NCBI GenBank assembly: GCA_963555755.3
Contig: OY820905.2
Span: forward strand, 1,440,001-1,504,000
Direction: 5' to 3'
Length of the DNA stretch: 64,000 nt
DNA from: Nitrospirales bacterium
GTDB lineage: Bacteria > Nitrospirota > Nitrospiria > Nitrospirales > UBA8639
The translations under genes and the position numbers were made by a program. Below, piece by piece: positions 32,772 to 43,157 of the stretch (its first letter is position 1; each line of letters begins with the position of its first letter). Under the pieces are notes generated by a model that saw nothing but the letters and a program-made list of their open reading frames with translations, was not told where the DNA came from and made no database searches.

Positions 32772-32809
32772 AATTTTTTCCCAATAATTAAATCGACGAG
32801 GATTTCAAA

Positions 32810-34075
32810 TTAATCCTTCTTGCTTCCAACCAGAGAAAGGGCCTGAACTTGAAAGCCATTTTTCTGTAACAAATCCCCATAAAGAGACCGAATGTCCTTC
32901 AATAACCGCTCTTTAGTAAATTTGGCTTTGGCTAACTCTCGCCCGGCTCTCCCCATGGCAGTTCTTTTTTTTGGATTAGACGCCAAGAATTCCAAGGCAT
33001 CGGCTAATCCATGAACATCTTGGGACGACACCAGAATGCCATTATCATATACGGTGAACTGCCCGTTCATTCTTCCCCACACACGTTGCCCAACCCCAAC
33101 CATTAAATCTCGAACCCCTCCCACCTCGGTAGCGATAAAGGGCTTCCCAGAGGCCATAGCCTCAATTAACACCACAGGAGTTCCTTCATTGAGTGAGGTA
33201 AGAATAACGATGTCTAGCGAAGAATACAATTGGGCCATATCGTGTTGCCAGCCTAAAAACCTTACTCCCCCAGAAAATTGTTCTTTCTGAGCGGCTTGTT
33301 TGAGCGAAACCTCTAAAGGGCCCCCTCCAGCGATCCAGAGTTGAAATGGCGCCGTCGATTGGGAATCAAGGAGTCTCAGGGCGTCTAGGGCCAAAAATGG
33401 ATTTTTAATGTCTACTAAACGACCAATATGCCCGATAACCAGGGGAAAAAGACCATCCTGCCCAGGTTGGGTATTTTGGGTTGCACCCGACAAATCGAAA
33501 AAGGGCTCTAAGTCAAACCCCAAAGGAACGATTTGAAACTTATGACTAGGCGCGATCCGGTAGACGTCAACTAATTCTTGGCGCTGATGCTCACTCAGGA
33601 CAAGGATACGATCTGACAAAAAGGCTAACACACGCTCGATGAGGATATATACTTTGGTCTTACCCCACCCAAAGTATCCTGAAAACACATGCCCATGGAA
33701 GGTATGAACCTTTATCGGAACCCTGGCAACCCATGCGGCCAATCTTCCAAGAGTGCCAGCCTTTGCCGTATGGGTGTGAACAATATGGGGCCGGACCTTT
33801 CTCAAAAATTTGACAAGTTTAAAAAAGACCACCACATCGTTAACACTTGAAATTTCTCTACCCAACTCAGGAAAAATAACTGGGTGAACATTCCGTTCCA
33901 ACGCGTAAGGGAGCATATCCCCTTCCTTCTCACTAATTTGTCCCGAAATAAGGAAGGAAGTGAACTCCTCTGGAGCCAAACATTCCGTCAGCATAACGGC
34001 CTGAATTGCCGGCCCTCCAATATTGAGTCTGGCAATGATCCGAACGACCTTGGCTTTTTCGAACTCCCTATTCAC
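32810..34075 (-). CDS. GT4 glycosyltransferase
   Basis: IARLNIGGPA, VHTHTAKAG and SLNEGTPVVLIEAM. Confidence 0.92.
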   Translation of the reverse strand: MNREFEKAKVVRIIARLNIGGPAIQAVMLTECLAPEEFTSFLISGQISEKEGDMLPYALERNVHPVIFPELGREISSVNDVVVFFKLVKFLRKVRPHIVHTHTAKAGTLGRLAAWVARVPIKVHTFHGHVFSGYFGWGKTKVYILIERVLAFLSDRILVLSEHQRQELVDVYRIAPSHKFQIVPLGFDLEPFFDLSGATQNTQPGQDGLFPLVIGHIGRLVDIKNPFLALDALRLLDSQSTAPFQLWIAGGGPLEVSLKQAAQKEQFSGGVRFLGWQHDMAQLYSSLDIVILTSLNEGTPVVLIEAMASGKPFIATEVGGVRDLMVGVGQRVWGRMNGQFTVYDNGILVSSQDVHGLADALEFLASNPKKRTAMGRAGRELAKAKFTKERLLKDIRSLYGDLLQKNGFQVQALSLVGSKKD

Positions 34076-34305
34076 TACTCCTCAATTTTTTAAGGCTTCT
34101 TAGAAATACAATAAAAAAGTTAGCTGTGGCGTCGTGGCAGGTATTTCCAGCGCCAGAGAAATGTATCTTGAATGTACAAGTGACAATTCTTAGCGTAATT
34201 TCCAATACCCTAGGAACAATCACCAAACTAATCTCAAAGAATGGGTACAAGAGGAAGAGCGAATAAAATTCGCCCATAAATCCCAGGAAAACCCGAACAA
34301 GAAGT

Positions 34306-35580
34306 TTAGGCCTCCCTTATTGAATTTTGGGTTTTTACCGCCTGTTCCATAGAAAAGAAAAGGCCTACGAGAAGCCAGAAAAGGTAGGCGAGCGTTCCAA
34401 TAAACATATCATCAAAAATGTTTCTGACAATGACTCCCACCACGATTAAACTTGTGGCTAAGGCCAACTTCCCTGCCATTTCATGTGAAAAACTTTGGAA
34501 TATGGGAGCGGCTCGGGCCACAATCACAATAAAAATCCAGAAAAAAAACAGAAAACCTGGGATGCCAATCTGGACGGCTCTTCCAAGAAACGTATTATGG
34601 AGATTAGCATGAAATCCAGAACCCAAGTCGGGGTGAAGTTTACTGAAGCTATGCTTTCCGAGTCCTATCCCTGTCAAGGGGCGTTCTGCAATATCTTGAA
34701 GCGCCAACGACCAAGTATTGAAACGCACTTGCATGGAACCAGTGTGAGTATACAAACTTAAACTTGAAAGATTCTGATTTACGCTAGGCAAAGCCAGTAA
34801 CACCAGCAACACACACACCAAAAGCCCCGCCCCTCCAAATGCAGCCCACCATTTGCTCCTAAATTTTAAAAGGACATAAATGAAAACTTGAATGCCTATG
34901 GCAACCCACGCCGCCCGAGTATGTGCCAAAAACAAACCAAGGAGAGAAGTTCCAAGCCCAACACCAAAAATAATACGACACCATCTTGGACTATTTCTAG
35001 CGCTATCCCAACCCATCCATAGCAGGGGAAGGCCCATCACCAAATAAGAACTAAACCACTGACCACTTCCCCAAAGGTCTCCCCCCCGATAGTGCATATC
35101 CCACATAGATCGCCCACTAACAAAAAAATAGATGGATTCAGCTACGCTTAGCACAACCATGCCTGCAATCACAGCAAGAAAAACAGAATACATCTGATGC
35201 TTGGTTTTTACCGTTTGAACGACAAAATAAAACAAAAGAAAATGAGCCACGACCTTTCGCCACTCACCAAAACTGTAGTCAGGGTCCACCGCCAACGGCA
35301 CACAAATCAGAACCCAAGCCACATACAGAAGAATGGGAATATCCAGGGGAGTCTTAATCCATTTCAGTGTTCCATTTTTCAATTGCCCCAGAATCCAGGC
35401 AAACAGAAGCACAAAAAACCCATATTCAACGATGTGATTGAGACGGACAAAAAACAGACCAAACGCAATACCCATGAGTCCGTAAATAATCAGATTGTCG
35501 AGCAGACCTGACCATTCACGACTTGCCCTCTCAATTGACAGGTTTTCTTGACTGAACACAAGCCACCTACGAACTAACAA
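34306..35580 (-). CDS. O-antigen ligase (WaaL-like) family protein
   Basis: About 12 hydrophobic segments; TRAAW, RPLTGIG and HNTFL...GIPG. Confidence 0.88.
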   Translation of the reverse strand: MLVRRWLVFSQENLSIERASREWSGLLDNLIIYGLMGIAFGLFFVRLNHIVEYGFFVLLFAWILGQLKNGTLKWIKTPLDIPILLYVAWVLICVPLAVDPDYSFGEWRKVVAHFLLFYFVVQTVKTKHQMYSVFLAVIAGMVVLSVAESIYFFVSGRSMWDMHYRGGDLWGSGQWFSSYLVMGLPLLWMGWDSARNSPRWCRIIFGVGLGTSLLGLFLAHTRAAWVAIGIQVFIYVLLKFRSKWWAAFGGAGLLVCVLLVLLALPSVNQNLSSLSLYTHTGSMQVRFNTWSLALQDIAERPLTGIGLGKHSFSKLHPDLGSGFHANLHNTFLGRAVQIGIPGFLFFFWIFIVIVARAAPIFQSFSHEMAGKLALATSLIVVGVIVRNIFDDMFIGTLAYLFWLLVGLFFSMEQAVKTQNSIREA

Positions 35581-35706
35581 GTTTTGATAGGAGAATTAGG
35601 AAGTACACGAAAGCATTTCAATACAGTGACAGGGGATAAAAATCATTAAAAAAAAAGAAGATAGATAATACATCAAGCATGACTCAAAGCGGAGACAGGT
35701 CGTGTC

Positions 35707-36681
35707 TCATAACCCACGGATTATAAGATCATGCAAATGAATCATCCCTGCGACTTTTTTATCTCTCGTCAAAACCGGCAACAGCGAAATGGGCTTGTCA
35801 CGTTTCTCCATTTTCTCTAATGCCGAAAAGGCGTTTTCGTCATCAAACACAAAATCCGGCTTGGGATTCATAATCTCAATGACGGTGGCAGCAAACAGAT
35901 CATCCCCTCGCTCTAACACTTTCCGAATATCATAATCCGTGACCAGCCCGACTAAATGCCAGTCATCATCCCTCACCGACACTGCACCAGCACGCTTGCT
36001 CGTGATTTCCGAGAGCATCGTCCTCGTATCTGCGGAGACATGGATCACCGGATTGTCCTTCCCGGACCGCATGATATCCCCGACTGTCAGCAATAACCGT
36101 TTCCCAAGTTGCCCCCCCGGGTGATTGGCTGCAAAATCGTCAGGTTGAAAATTTCGTAATTTCATCAGCGCCATGGCTAACGCATCTCCCACGACCAAGG
36201 CAGCTGTTGTGCTGCAGGTCGGGGCCATAGTTACGGGACAGGCTTCTTCCTCTATGGGGGTATGAAGGACCAAGTCCGAGTGCCTGGCCATGGTCGATTT
36301 CGGCTGGGCAGTGATAGAAATGATCTTCGCGCCTATCTTTCGGGCCACAGGAAGAATCGTATTGAGTTCCTCACTTTCCCCGGATTTTCCAATGGCCAGC
36401 ATGACATCATCTTTTTGAATAATGCCCACGTCACCGTGCATGCCATCCGAACTATGCAGAAACATCGCCAGCGTCCCGGTCGACACCATGGTCGCGGCAA
36501 TTTTCTGAGCAATAATGCCGGACTTTCCCACACCAGTCACGACCACCTTGCCATGACACGCAAATAGTAATCGTACCGCTTCCTCATAATCCGGCCCTAA
36601 GTGTTTCTGGAGCCCTGCAATAGTCCGGGCCTCCAGTTCAAAAACGCGTCTTATTTCTGATAATACGTTGATTTTGCTCAC
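35707..36681 (-). CDS. kdsD: Arabinose-5-phosphate isomerase (KpsF/GutQ family, SIS + 2 CBS)
   Basis: VTGVGKSG, HGDVG, KSGESEE, APTCST, HPGGQLG and C-terminal CBS pair; GTG 36681 aligns with the start of the truncated paralogue at 49263. Confidence 0.92.
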   Translation of the reverse strand: MSKINVLSEIRRVFELEARTIAGLQKHLGPDYEEAVRLLFACHGKVVVTGVGKSGIIAQKIAATMVSTGTLAMFLHSSDGMHGDVGIIQKDDVMLAIGKSGESEELNTILPVARKIGAKIISITAQPKSTMARHSDLVLHTPIEEEACPVTMAPTCSTTAALVVGDALAMALMKLRNFQPDDFAANHPGGQLGKRLLLTVGDIMRSGKDNPVIHVSADTRTMLSEITSKRAGAVSVRDDDWHLVGLVTDYDIRKVLERGDDLFAATVIEIMNPKPDFVFDDENAFSALEKMEKRDKPISLLPVLTRDKKVAGMIHLHDLIIRGL

Positions 36682-37249
36682 AATTTTTGGCTCATCTTGG
36701 ATTGGGAAAACCCATTCACCTTTAGACCGTCGGTACTGACGAATGGACGAATTGCACCATATTCGCCTGTTGGAGTCAATCCAATACCCGAACGATTCGT
36801 TCAGCACCCCGTCCCATCACCAGTTGGCTATCCAACCCACTCCCAAAATTCGTATACTCACCAAATCTACATCGAGTAGAGGAGTAGGAAATCCGAGAGA
36901 TATTTTCCGCATAGGAATTGGTTCGATCCTCTCCATGAGAATGTTACATTCGTTATAAATTGGTTGAATTGCCATGTAAAAATCTCCTTTTAATTTTTGT
37001 GATGTGCCCATATTTTAGTTGCATCTCGAAAAGTAACAACTAAACCCATTATCGTAAATATGAATACGATTCATGGAACAGTGAAAAAAAGAGGAAGTGT
37101 TATTAGAAAGTGGAAGCCTCTCACCAATGATGTTGAGGGAATCTGTAAAATCGTGCAAAATGTGTGAGTTAAAAAAACTTCTATCTGCCCTTGATTTAGG
37201 AACGAAATTCAAGCGTACTTAACTCTTCCCATAAGATAAGGAAACCAAG

Positions 37250-37390
37250 GTGGGATCAGCAAATGTAAAAGTTGGAAATTTGAATCAGTTGCCACAATAC
37301 ATTAAAGAGGGGGACCTGGTTTTAGATGTGGGAGGAGGCGCAAGGCCACTAAGTAGGGCAAATTATATTTTAGACTTTATCCCGTGGCCC
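37250..37390 (+). pseudogene. N-terminal remnant of a SAM-dependent methyltransferase
   Basis: RBS-like AAGGA and GTG start; LVLDVGGGARPLSRANYILDF; the frame then runs into the antisense strand of the DUF2726 gene. Confidence 0.6.
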
Positions 37391-38047
37391 TTTGGCGCCC
37401 ATAATATTGAGGTACTCCGTCTTGTAGGTTTTGACAATCCCTCTTTCAAATGCTTTACGCTGAAAGTCTGCCGCCAATATGACGATTGGATCCCATTTCA
37501 TTTCCGCAAAAATCTGGGCGTCCGAGACCAATTCTGGTACATCATCTGTCTCTCTGTGATCTTCGTACAACGTCTCAATCGATTTTCGGAATTCTATATT
37601 GGCGAGGACTTGTCCAATGATCCCATCGACGATAGTCAGATTAACATCTTGGTCAAGTATTTTGCCTTCCTCAACTGACACGATAAAAAAGGGATAATTC
37701 TCGTTTTGAGCTATTTTGAGTTTCAGGTTCAGCTTTAACTTGCGATGTGGATCAACTGTTTCAATTTGCTGGACATATTCTCCTTGTCTACTGAAGCCTT
37801 TACTCAAACCATCAAACTCTATAGACAGAATTGGTAACCCACGTTTTGTACACCACGTGTAGTCTATGCTTGTTTTCAAGAAGAAGTCGCGTTCCTTTTC
37901 CTTAAGGTCTTGGTCTAATGTTGCAAAATCGATTATCTGAGCGAAGGGTAAAGACGGCCAAAGGTCGAACACTGACCCCCATTGTGTATGAAGGCTTGTG
38001 AACAACTCCTTCTCCCCTCTGCTTCCAAATACGGATTTTCTAATCAT
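37370..38047 (-). CDS. DUF2726-like (PD-(D/E)xK-fold) protein, probably 3'-truncated
   Basis: EKELF..L...LWPSLPFAQII...IDY...PILSIEFDG pattern; the C-terminus fuses onto the methyltransferase remnant. Confidence 0.6.
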   Translation of the reverse strand: MIRKSVFGSRGEKELFTSLHTQWGSVFDLWPSLPFAQIIDFATLDQDLKEKERDFFLKTSIDYTWCTKRGLPILSIEFDGLSKGFSRQGEYVQQIETVDPHRKLKLNLKLKIAQNENYPFFIVSVEEGKILDQDVNLTIVDGIIGQVLANIEFRKSIETLYEDHRETDDVPELVSDAQIFAEMKWDPIVILAADFQRKAFERGIVKTYKTEYLNIMGAKGPRDKV

Positions 38048-38156
38048 TTGTCACATAACGATTGAGCTAACCCGCCGCAGCGAGAATGCTTTCCTGCAAG
38101 AGCTTCAAGGCCAACGAAGTCCGGCTTCAGCTTCACGCCCTAGTGCACAGACACAG

Positions 38157-38686
38157 ACAGATGATTCACCCAGTCAGGCTTCAAGAGATTGAAAACACTT
38201 GCAAAATTTTTGTCTTCGTGACCGTCCCGAATGAGTCGGTGCACTAGCCTACAATCTGGCCAACTTCCTGCGCACATTAGTCTTGCCAACAGCCCTTGCC
38301 GACTGGTCACTGACCAGCCTTCGGGATCGAATGATCAAGATCGGTGCAAAGGCTGTCCGTCACGCCCGGTCGATCATCCTGCAATTGGCCGAGGTTGCCG
38401 TACCCCGTAATCTATGGGCACAGATGCTGACGACAATTTCTGGCCTCAAGGCAATGGCGCAAGTGCCATGATAACCAATATCATCCCGCACAAATTTGGT
38501 TACGGGCGTGTCGCACGCAGACGCCGAGCTATACCCAAAATCCTCGATAATCGGCAAAATCCCGCCCGAATGGCGTCAAATCCGTTGAAAATCGGTCGGA
38601 TGCTGCGCCAACCAAGACAGACTTGAAAAAAACAACGACCCATGCCAGTCTCGCGCTACGAAGAAACCCATCTGGGGAATATCAGT
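38157..38686 (+). mobile_element. Internally deleted IS1380-family element
   Basis: Transposase C-terminus LAYNLANFLRTLVLP...WSLTSLRDRMIKIGAKAVRHAR...QLAEVAVPR (about 38235-38471); end-like sequences CAGATGATTCACC and ATCTGGGGAATATCAG. Confidence 0.75.
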
Positions 38687-39124
38687 TTAGTCCGGCGTTG
38701 ACAGATGAGCCAGAATCTCTATTATTAAAGACGCTCATCAGTCTCAAATATTTTGACGATGTACACTATTTGAGTTATACAAGGTTATTCTTTTTTGATC
38801 TGGTGATTTCACGTGTGTGATTTCGTTTTAAAAGCATTGTTGCGCCCTTTCTACAGGTGTCTTCTGCCCATAAAAGACCTTCTATTTCCCCGTCCTTATG
38901 AAGCTGTAGATTTTGATAGTATTGCCGCCGCACGTGAAGTCGAGCAAGAAAAATGGAAGGATGAACTATGTGAGAGGAGAGAATTGGCCAGATCAATTAT
39001 GGACCGAAGTGATCCGTTAATTTCAACTGACATGGGGCTTTCTTTTTTGGACGAGGTAGCGGAAACCGATGTCGCACCTGCTCTCGACGCAATGGGGCAT
39101 ATCGTCAAATCAGGGCTCTATCTA

Positions 39125-40588
39125 TCAAACAAGAAACAGTTCCTCAGGTGTGATGATCTTTGTAGTGAATTGTGCAGGCATAAAGGGGTGGCCGATCATG
39201 GCTTGTGAAATGGCTTGCAGCATGTTGCCGCCCTGCTTTCTCGCGGTAGAAAGGTAGCTTCGTATGCGGGCGAACTGCCTCGCGCCTTGAAGCGTTCGAA
39301 AACACCCGGATATTTTGAGGCGGAGCTTGATCATGCGGATATCCTGTTCTGCCAGATTATTAGTGAAGGGAACCTGTCTGTCATGGAGGAACGCGAGCAC
39401 GGAGGCTTCATGCTCGCCAAGACGGGTGAGGAGATTTTGGGCCTTGGTCTTTTTGGGCCGGCCTCGTGACTTTTTCTGTGGCGGTGCCGGAAGGGGGTTG
39501 GCCTGCCATCCGAGGGTGAGAAGATCCCTGTATTGTTTCAGCCAGGGGGTTTTCTGTTCTTCCGTTAACTGTGCGAGTTGCTTGCTGACAAACACGTTCA
39601 TCGTCAGCAACAGGTCAAACATGTGTTTGGCCCATGGTTGTTCGTGCTGCTCGAACAGGCACGTGAGTTCCCGCAAATGATGGGCGTTACAGAGGCCGTG
39701 GGCACAGTCATAGGAGAGATAGGGTTTCCAGAAATCGTGGATCAGGCGGCCAGCAAAATCCGGGAGGATCTGGAACTGCTCGATCGCCTCTCTTCCCCGT
39801 TTGGCGTGCACACCGTAAAAGGTCAACGTGGCCGTGCTGGCACTGTGGAGCCAGTGGAGCGTCCCGGCCGTGCGGACGCCGCTTTCATCGGCATGGAGGA
39901 TGGGACTCTTGCCGAGCGCTTCTTTGACCGCAGTCTCGAACGGCGCGAGGTGCTCATAACTTCGGCGGGAGGCCTCGTCAATGGTGGCGTCGCTGACCGA
40001 GGCGCCATACAGATCAGCCATCATCTGGCTGACACGGCGTAAGGGGATCAACTGTTGGTTCTGGAGGTAGACCAGGAGGCTGCGAAATCTGGGACCGTAC
40101 TGTGCCGGCGCAGGCAGGTCATCAGGAAATGACGCCGTGACCGAGCGGCCGCATTGGGGGCAGGTTTTGATTGCTCCCCGATATTCGGTGACGTCGAGTT
40201 TTGGCTCCGGCAGTTCAAAGAGCTGCCGGCGTTCATAGCCGGTGACCGTCTCGTTGGTGAGGTCGGCATGGCAGGAACAGGAGTGAACAGGCAGGTGGAC
40301 CAGGTGGTCTGGGGTTTCCACCTGTTTTAACGTCTGGCCGGCATGTCCCTGTTGGCCGCCCGGCTTTTTCCCGGAAGGTATGCGCAGGCTCTTGGTTCGG
40401 GGCTTGGCCGGTCCATCGGACGAGGGCGGTTTGCTGCTGTTGCGACTGTGTTGGTCGAGCCGCTGTGCCAGTTCGGTGACATGCGTGGTCAGCGCCTGCC
40501 CCTGTTCCTGCAGCGCCAGGATCAGTTCGACGAGCGCCTCGGGGTTGCTCTTGGCCAGGATGAGGAGTGCGTCGCGGGTGAAGGTCAT
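39125..40588 (-). CDS. IS66-family (ISBst12-like) DDE transposase
   Basis: NSSKPPSSD, KPGGQQGH, CPQCG, LHADESG, CNAHHLREL and TNNLAEQDIR. Confidence 0.93.
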   Translation of the reverse strand: MTFTRDALLILAKSNPEALVELILALQEQGQALTTHVTELAQRLDQHSRNSSKPPSSDGPAKPRTKSLRIPSGKKPGGQQGHAGQTLKQVETPDHLVHLPVHSCSCHADLTNETVTGYERRQLFELPEPKLDVTEYRGAIKTCPQCGRSVTASFPDDLPAPAQYGPRFRSLLVYLQNQQLIPLRRVSQMMADLYGASVSDATIDEASRRSYEHLAPFETAVKEALGKSPILHADESGVRTAGTLHWLHSASTATLTFYGVHAKRGREAIEQFQILPDFAGRLIHDFWKPYLSYDCAHGLCNAHHLRELTCLFEQHEQPWAKHMFDLLLTMNVFVSKQLAQLTEEQKTPWLKQYRDLLTLGWQANPLPAPPQKKSRGRPKKTKAQNLLTRLGEHEASVLAFLHDRQVPFTNNLAEQDIRMIKLRLKISGCFRTLQGARQFARIRSYLSTARKQGGNMLQAISQAMIGHPFMPAQFTTKIITPEELFLV

Positions 40589-41548
40589 GGCTTGCTCCGG
40601 CAGAGGGCCTGTCGGAAGTGGCGGATGAGGGGATAGAGATAAATTGCCTTCACCGGCACGCGCAGAGCCTTGTCACGGTCCTGCCGGGACCGGCCTTTGG
40701 TCTGCCCGACATAGAGCCAGTTCGCGGCCTGATAGCAGATACCTTTGAAGCGGTCTCGCTCCACAAAGGTCTCCACCAAGTGGACGGGATGGCCGTATTT
40801 CTCGATCCAGTCCTGCCGGAGACGTCTCATGACCCGGCCCAGGAGATGGCTGGCCAGATGCGGCACACGCACCCAGGGCAGGATGAGAAAGCGGGTATTG
40901 TTGGTCATGAAGTTGAGGTTGGCGGCTCGGGTGTCCGGCTCCCAGCCGATAAAGGTGTCGCGCGGGGTGGTTTTCCAGGCGGCGGAACCGAAGAGGAGGC
41001 AGGCCAGATCCTGCCCGGAGCGATCCCGCACCAGGTACTTGAGATGTTCACCGACCGTTCGGGTGAACCCGAGGTAGTGATGGTGGCTCAGGTAATATCC
41101 CACACAACTGGCTTCGTAGGAATGTGAGGTTGGAATATGAATGGACAGGGGCGTCAGGGTCTTGAGAGCTGCGTCGATGTGCGGGGCTTCGGGAGGCATA
41201 AACCCCTTTCGGAAAGGGGGGAAGATGTTGCGTCGAGAGGCGACACGAATCGGGGGCAGCTTCAGGAGCCCGCGATGTTCGAGTTTGTCGATCATGCTGC
41301 GGGCGGCAAAGGTTTTCAGTTGTCCGGACGGGGTCTGCCAGCCCCAGTGCCGACAAATATGCTGGGTTATTTTATGGCGGCTCCAGTCAGGGTGCCGGCA
41401 AACCAGATGGCGTAACCAGCACAGATCAGATTGGGGGAGGCGACGACCTTGACATGTAATCGCTTCATTCATGGCCCCGATTATGCCATGGGTGGAGCCG
41501 TTAGTCCAGAAAAAAATCAGGCTATAGAAAATTGACCTGAGTAGTTAC
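39143..41548 (-). mobile_element. IS66-type element (DUF4338 + transposase) with one intact and one clipped end
   Basis: Intact end ACCTGAGTAGTTAC near 41548; the other end keeps only CTCAGGT at 39143. Confidence 0.75.
40585..41472 (-). CDS. DUF4338 (Druantia DruA-like) protein carried inside the IS66 element
   Basis: HHYLG, GEHLKYLV, AAWK..PRD.FIGW, NNTRFLILPWV, ETFVE and CYQAANW; ATGA overlap with the transposase. Confidence 0.85.
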   Translation of the reverse strand: MNEAITCQGRRLPQSDLCWLRHLVCRHPDWSRHKITQHICRHWGWQTPSGQLKTFAARSMIDKLEHRGLLKLPPIRVASRRNIFPPFRKGFMPPEAPHIDAALKTLTPLSIHIPTSHSYEASCVGYYLSHHHYLGFTRTVGEHLKYLVRDRSGQDLACLLFGSAAWKTTPRDTFIGWEPDTRAANLNFMTNNTRFLILPWVRVPHLASHLLGRVMRRLRQDWIEKYGHPVHLVETFVERDRFKGICYQAANWLYVGQTKGRSRQDRDKALRVPVKAIYLYPLIRHFRQALCRSKP

Positions 41549-41813
41549 CAACTACAATTAAACTCGTGATGCTGGGCTGTGACGCCGATAAGGAAAGTGG
41601 CCCTCTGACAGTCCTTCAACGTGACGCGTCGCGCGATGCGTACAAAGCTTTGGTAGGAAAGAAAAGGAGTTCTCTTAGTAAGAGTATTCCAAACTGGAAT
41701 GTCATTATTCAGCATAATTGAATAAGAGGATCTTACGAAGGATCGATGATGGAACAATGTACAACCAATGCGATCCCTCCAATGCGCATATGCTAGTTGG
41801 TAAAAAGGGACGA

Positions 41814-42825
41814 TATGCCTTCCCATTTGACTAAGGTTAGTCCCTAGACTAGTCTGCTGGACTATGGACACAGGGTATGCTGCTGATATCTTGGATTTTT
41901 CTGTTAGGTTCCACACCGAAGAAGCGTGCTTCGAGTACTTGCGGGCGATTCGGTGGCCAGACGGGTTTATGTGTCCAGCTTGCGGTCATCGCGGTGGTTG
42001 GTGGCTCAAAAAATATTTCCGGTTTGAGTGTTCGTCGTGTCATAGACAGACATCACCGCTAAGCGGCACAGTGATGCATAGATCGCACTTGCCGCTACGG
42101 CTTTGGTTTTGGGCTGCCTATTTCGTCTCCACGCACACACCTGGCATCAGTGCTGTGCAATTGCAGCGTCAACTCAGTATCAAGAAGGTGGATAGCGCCT
42201 GGTATTTGCTCCACAGATTGCGACGAGGAATGGTACGACAGAACCGTGAACGGCTCGCAGGAACAGTTGAAGCCGATGAAACCCATATCGGTGGACCGGT
42301 AAAAGGCAAAACGGGCCGTGGCGTCGCGAAAGCGAAAACCAAGACGTTAATAGCCGGAGCCGTAGAAATTGTCACGTACACACAAGGGGATCACTTTCGA
42401 GAGAAAGCAGGGCGTTTACGATTAGCGATTCTTCAAGACGCTGGAGAGAACGAGATCAAAGCATTCCTCAATAGCCATGTCGCTGAGGGCAGTAAGATCA
42501 AGTCCGATGGTTGGAAGGGATACTCGGCAAAAGCCTTGGCAGGATACGAACACCTGAGACGGACCCAGGGTGACCCAGCAAGTGCTGGGAAGCACGCTCC
42601 ACACATCCATAGAGCGTTCGGCAATCTGCAGACCTGGCTGAACGGGATTCACCATGGAGTGGATTCAAAATACCTGCAACACTATCTTGATGAGTTTGTC
42701 TTTCGCTATAACCGCCGTGAGACTCCAATGAGTACCTTCCAGAGTTTGTTGAAAATCCTGACCAGCAGCTCAAAACCCTTGGGATTCAATAAACTGAAGC
42801 AACCTTAGTTAAATGGGAAGGCATA
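41814..42825 (+). mobile_element. Complete IS1595-family element
   Basis: TIR TATGCCTTCCCATTT(G/A)ACTAAGGTT; 8-bp target duplication AGGGACGA at 41806-41813 and 42826-42833. Confidence 0.95.
41864..42808 (+). CDS. IS1595-family transposase
   Basis: Zinc ribbon CPACG...CSSC, VEADETHIGG, KSDGWKGY and YLDEFVFRYNRR. Confidence 0.93.
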   Translation: MDTGYAADILDFSVRFHTEEACFEYLRAIRWPDGFMCPACGHRGGWWLKKYFRFECSSCHRQTSPLSGTVMHRSHLPLRLWFWAAYFVSTHTPGISAVQLQRQLSIKKVDSAWYLLHRLRRGMVRQNRERLAGTVEADETHIGGPVKGKTGRGVAKAKTKTLIAGAVEIVTYTQGDHFREKAGRLRLAILQDAGENEIKAFLNSHVAEGSKIKSDGWKGYSAKALAGYEHLRRTQGDPASAGKHAPHIHRAFGNLQTWLNGIHHGVDSKYLQHYLDEFVFRYNRRETPMSTFQSLLKILTSSSKPLGFNKLKQP

Positions 42826-43157
42826 AGGGACGAATTATGTTAGCTGATACAAATAGGTGCTACCATTTTGGAAGTAGGCCAGGGAGCAAGGATCGATGGG
42901 TTTTCTTCGTTCAGTTTGTCGGATGACCCAACACTTTTCCATGGAGATTCTAATGAGAAACCTCTGCCAACTTGGCTTACAGATGGTCTCGCACCAACTG
43001 AGAAGAGAATTCGCGAACTTCTTTTCCAGAATTTCCAAAAAGAAAGAAAGTCATCCGAAGCTGCTAAAGTAACTTACCGAAAAGCCGGTACAATATCAAT
43101 TCCTGGTTAATGTGTGTTTTCTTTGAGAAGTATCCGCTGTCCTGCCTCCCTATAACT

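Larger units (their letters stand above)
38813..43110 (+). pseudogene. PhyH-like Fe(II)/2-oxoglutarate dioxygenase interrupted by IS66 and IS1595
   Basis: Pieces ...SGLYLSNKKQF [IS66] TIKLVMLGCDADKESGPLTVL...LVGKKGR [IS1595] IMLADTNRCYHFGSRPGSKDRWVFFVQF; DTxxCxHxGSR...R is the distal His/Arg of this fold; the HxD segment is absent. Confidence 0.65.

Noticed and set aside
36682..36807. 42-aa N-terminal extension of KdsD in the ORF track
   Set aside because: The paralogous copy has a stop in the matching stretch and an RBS before the GTG equivalent to 36681, so this is upstream non-coding DNA.
40585..41472. Druantia defence system
   Set aside because: Only a DUF4338 gene inside an IS; no DruE helicase or other dru genes.
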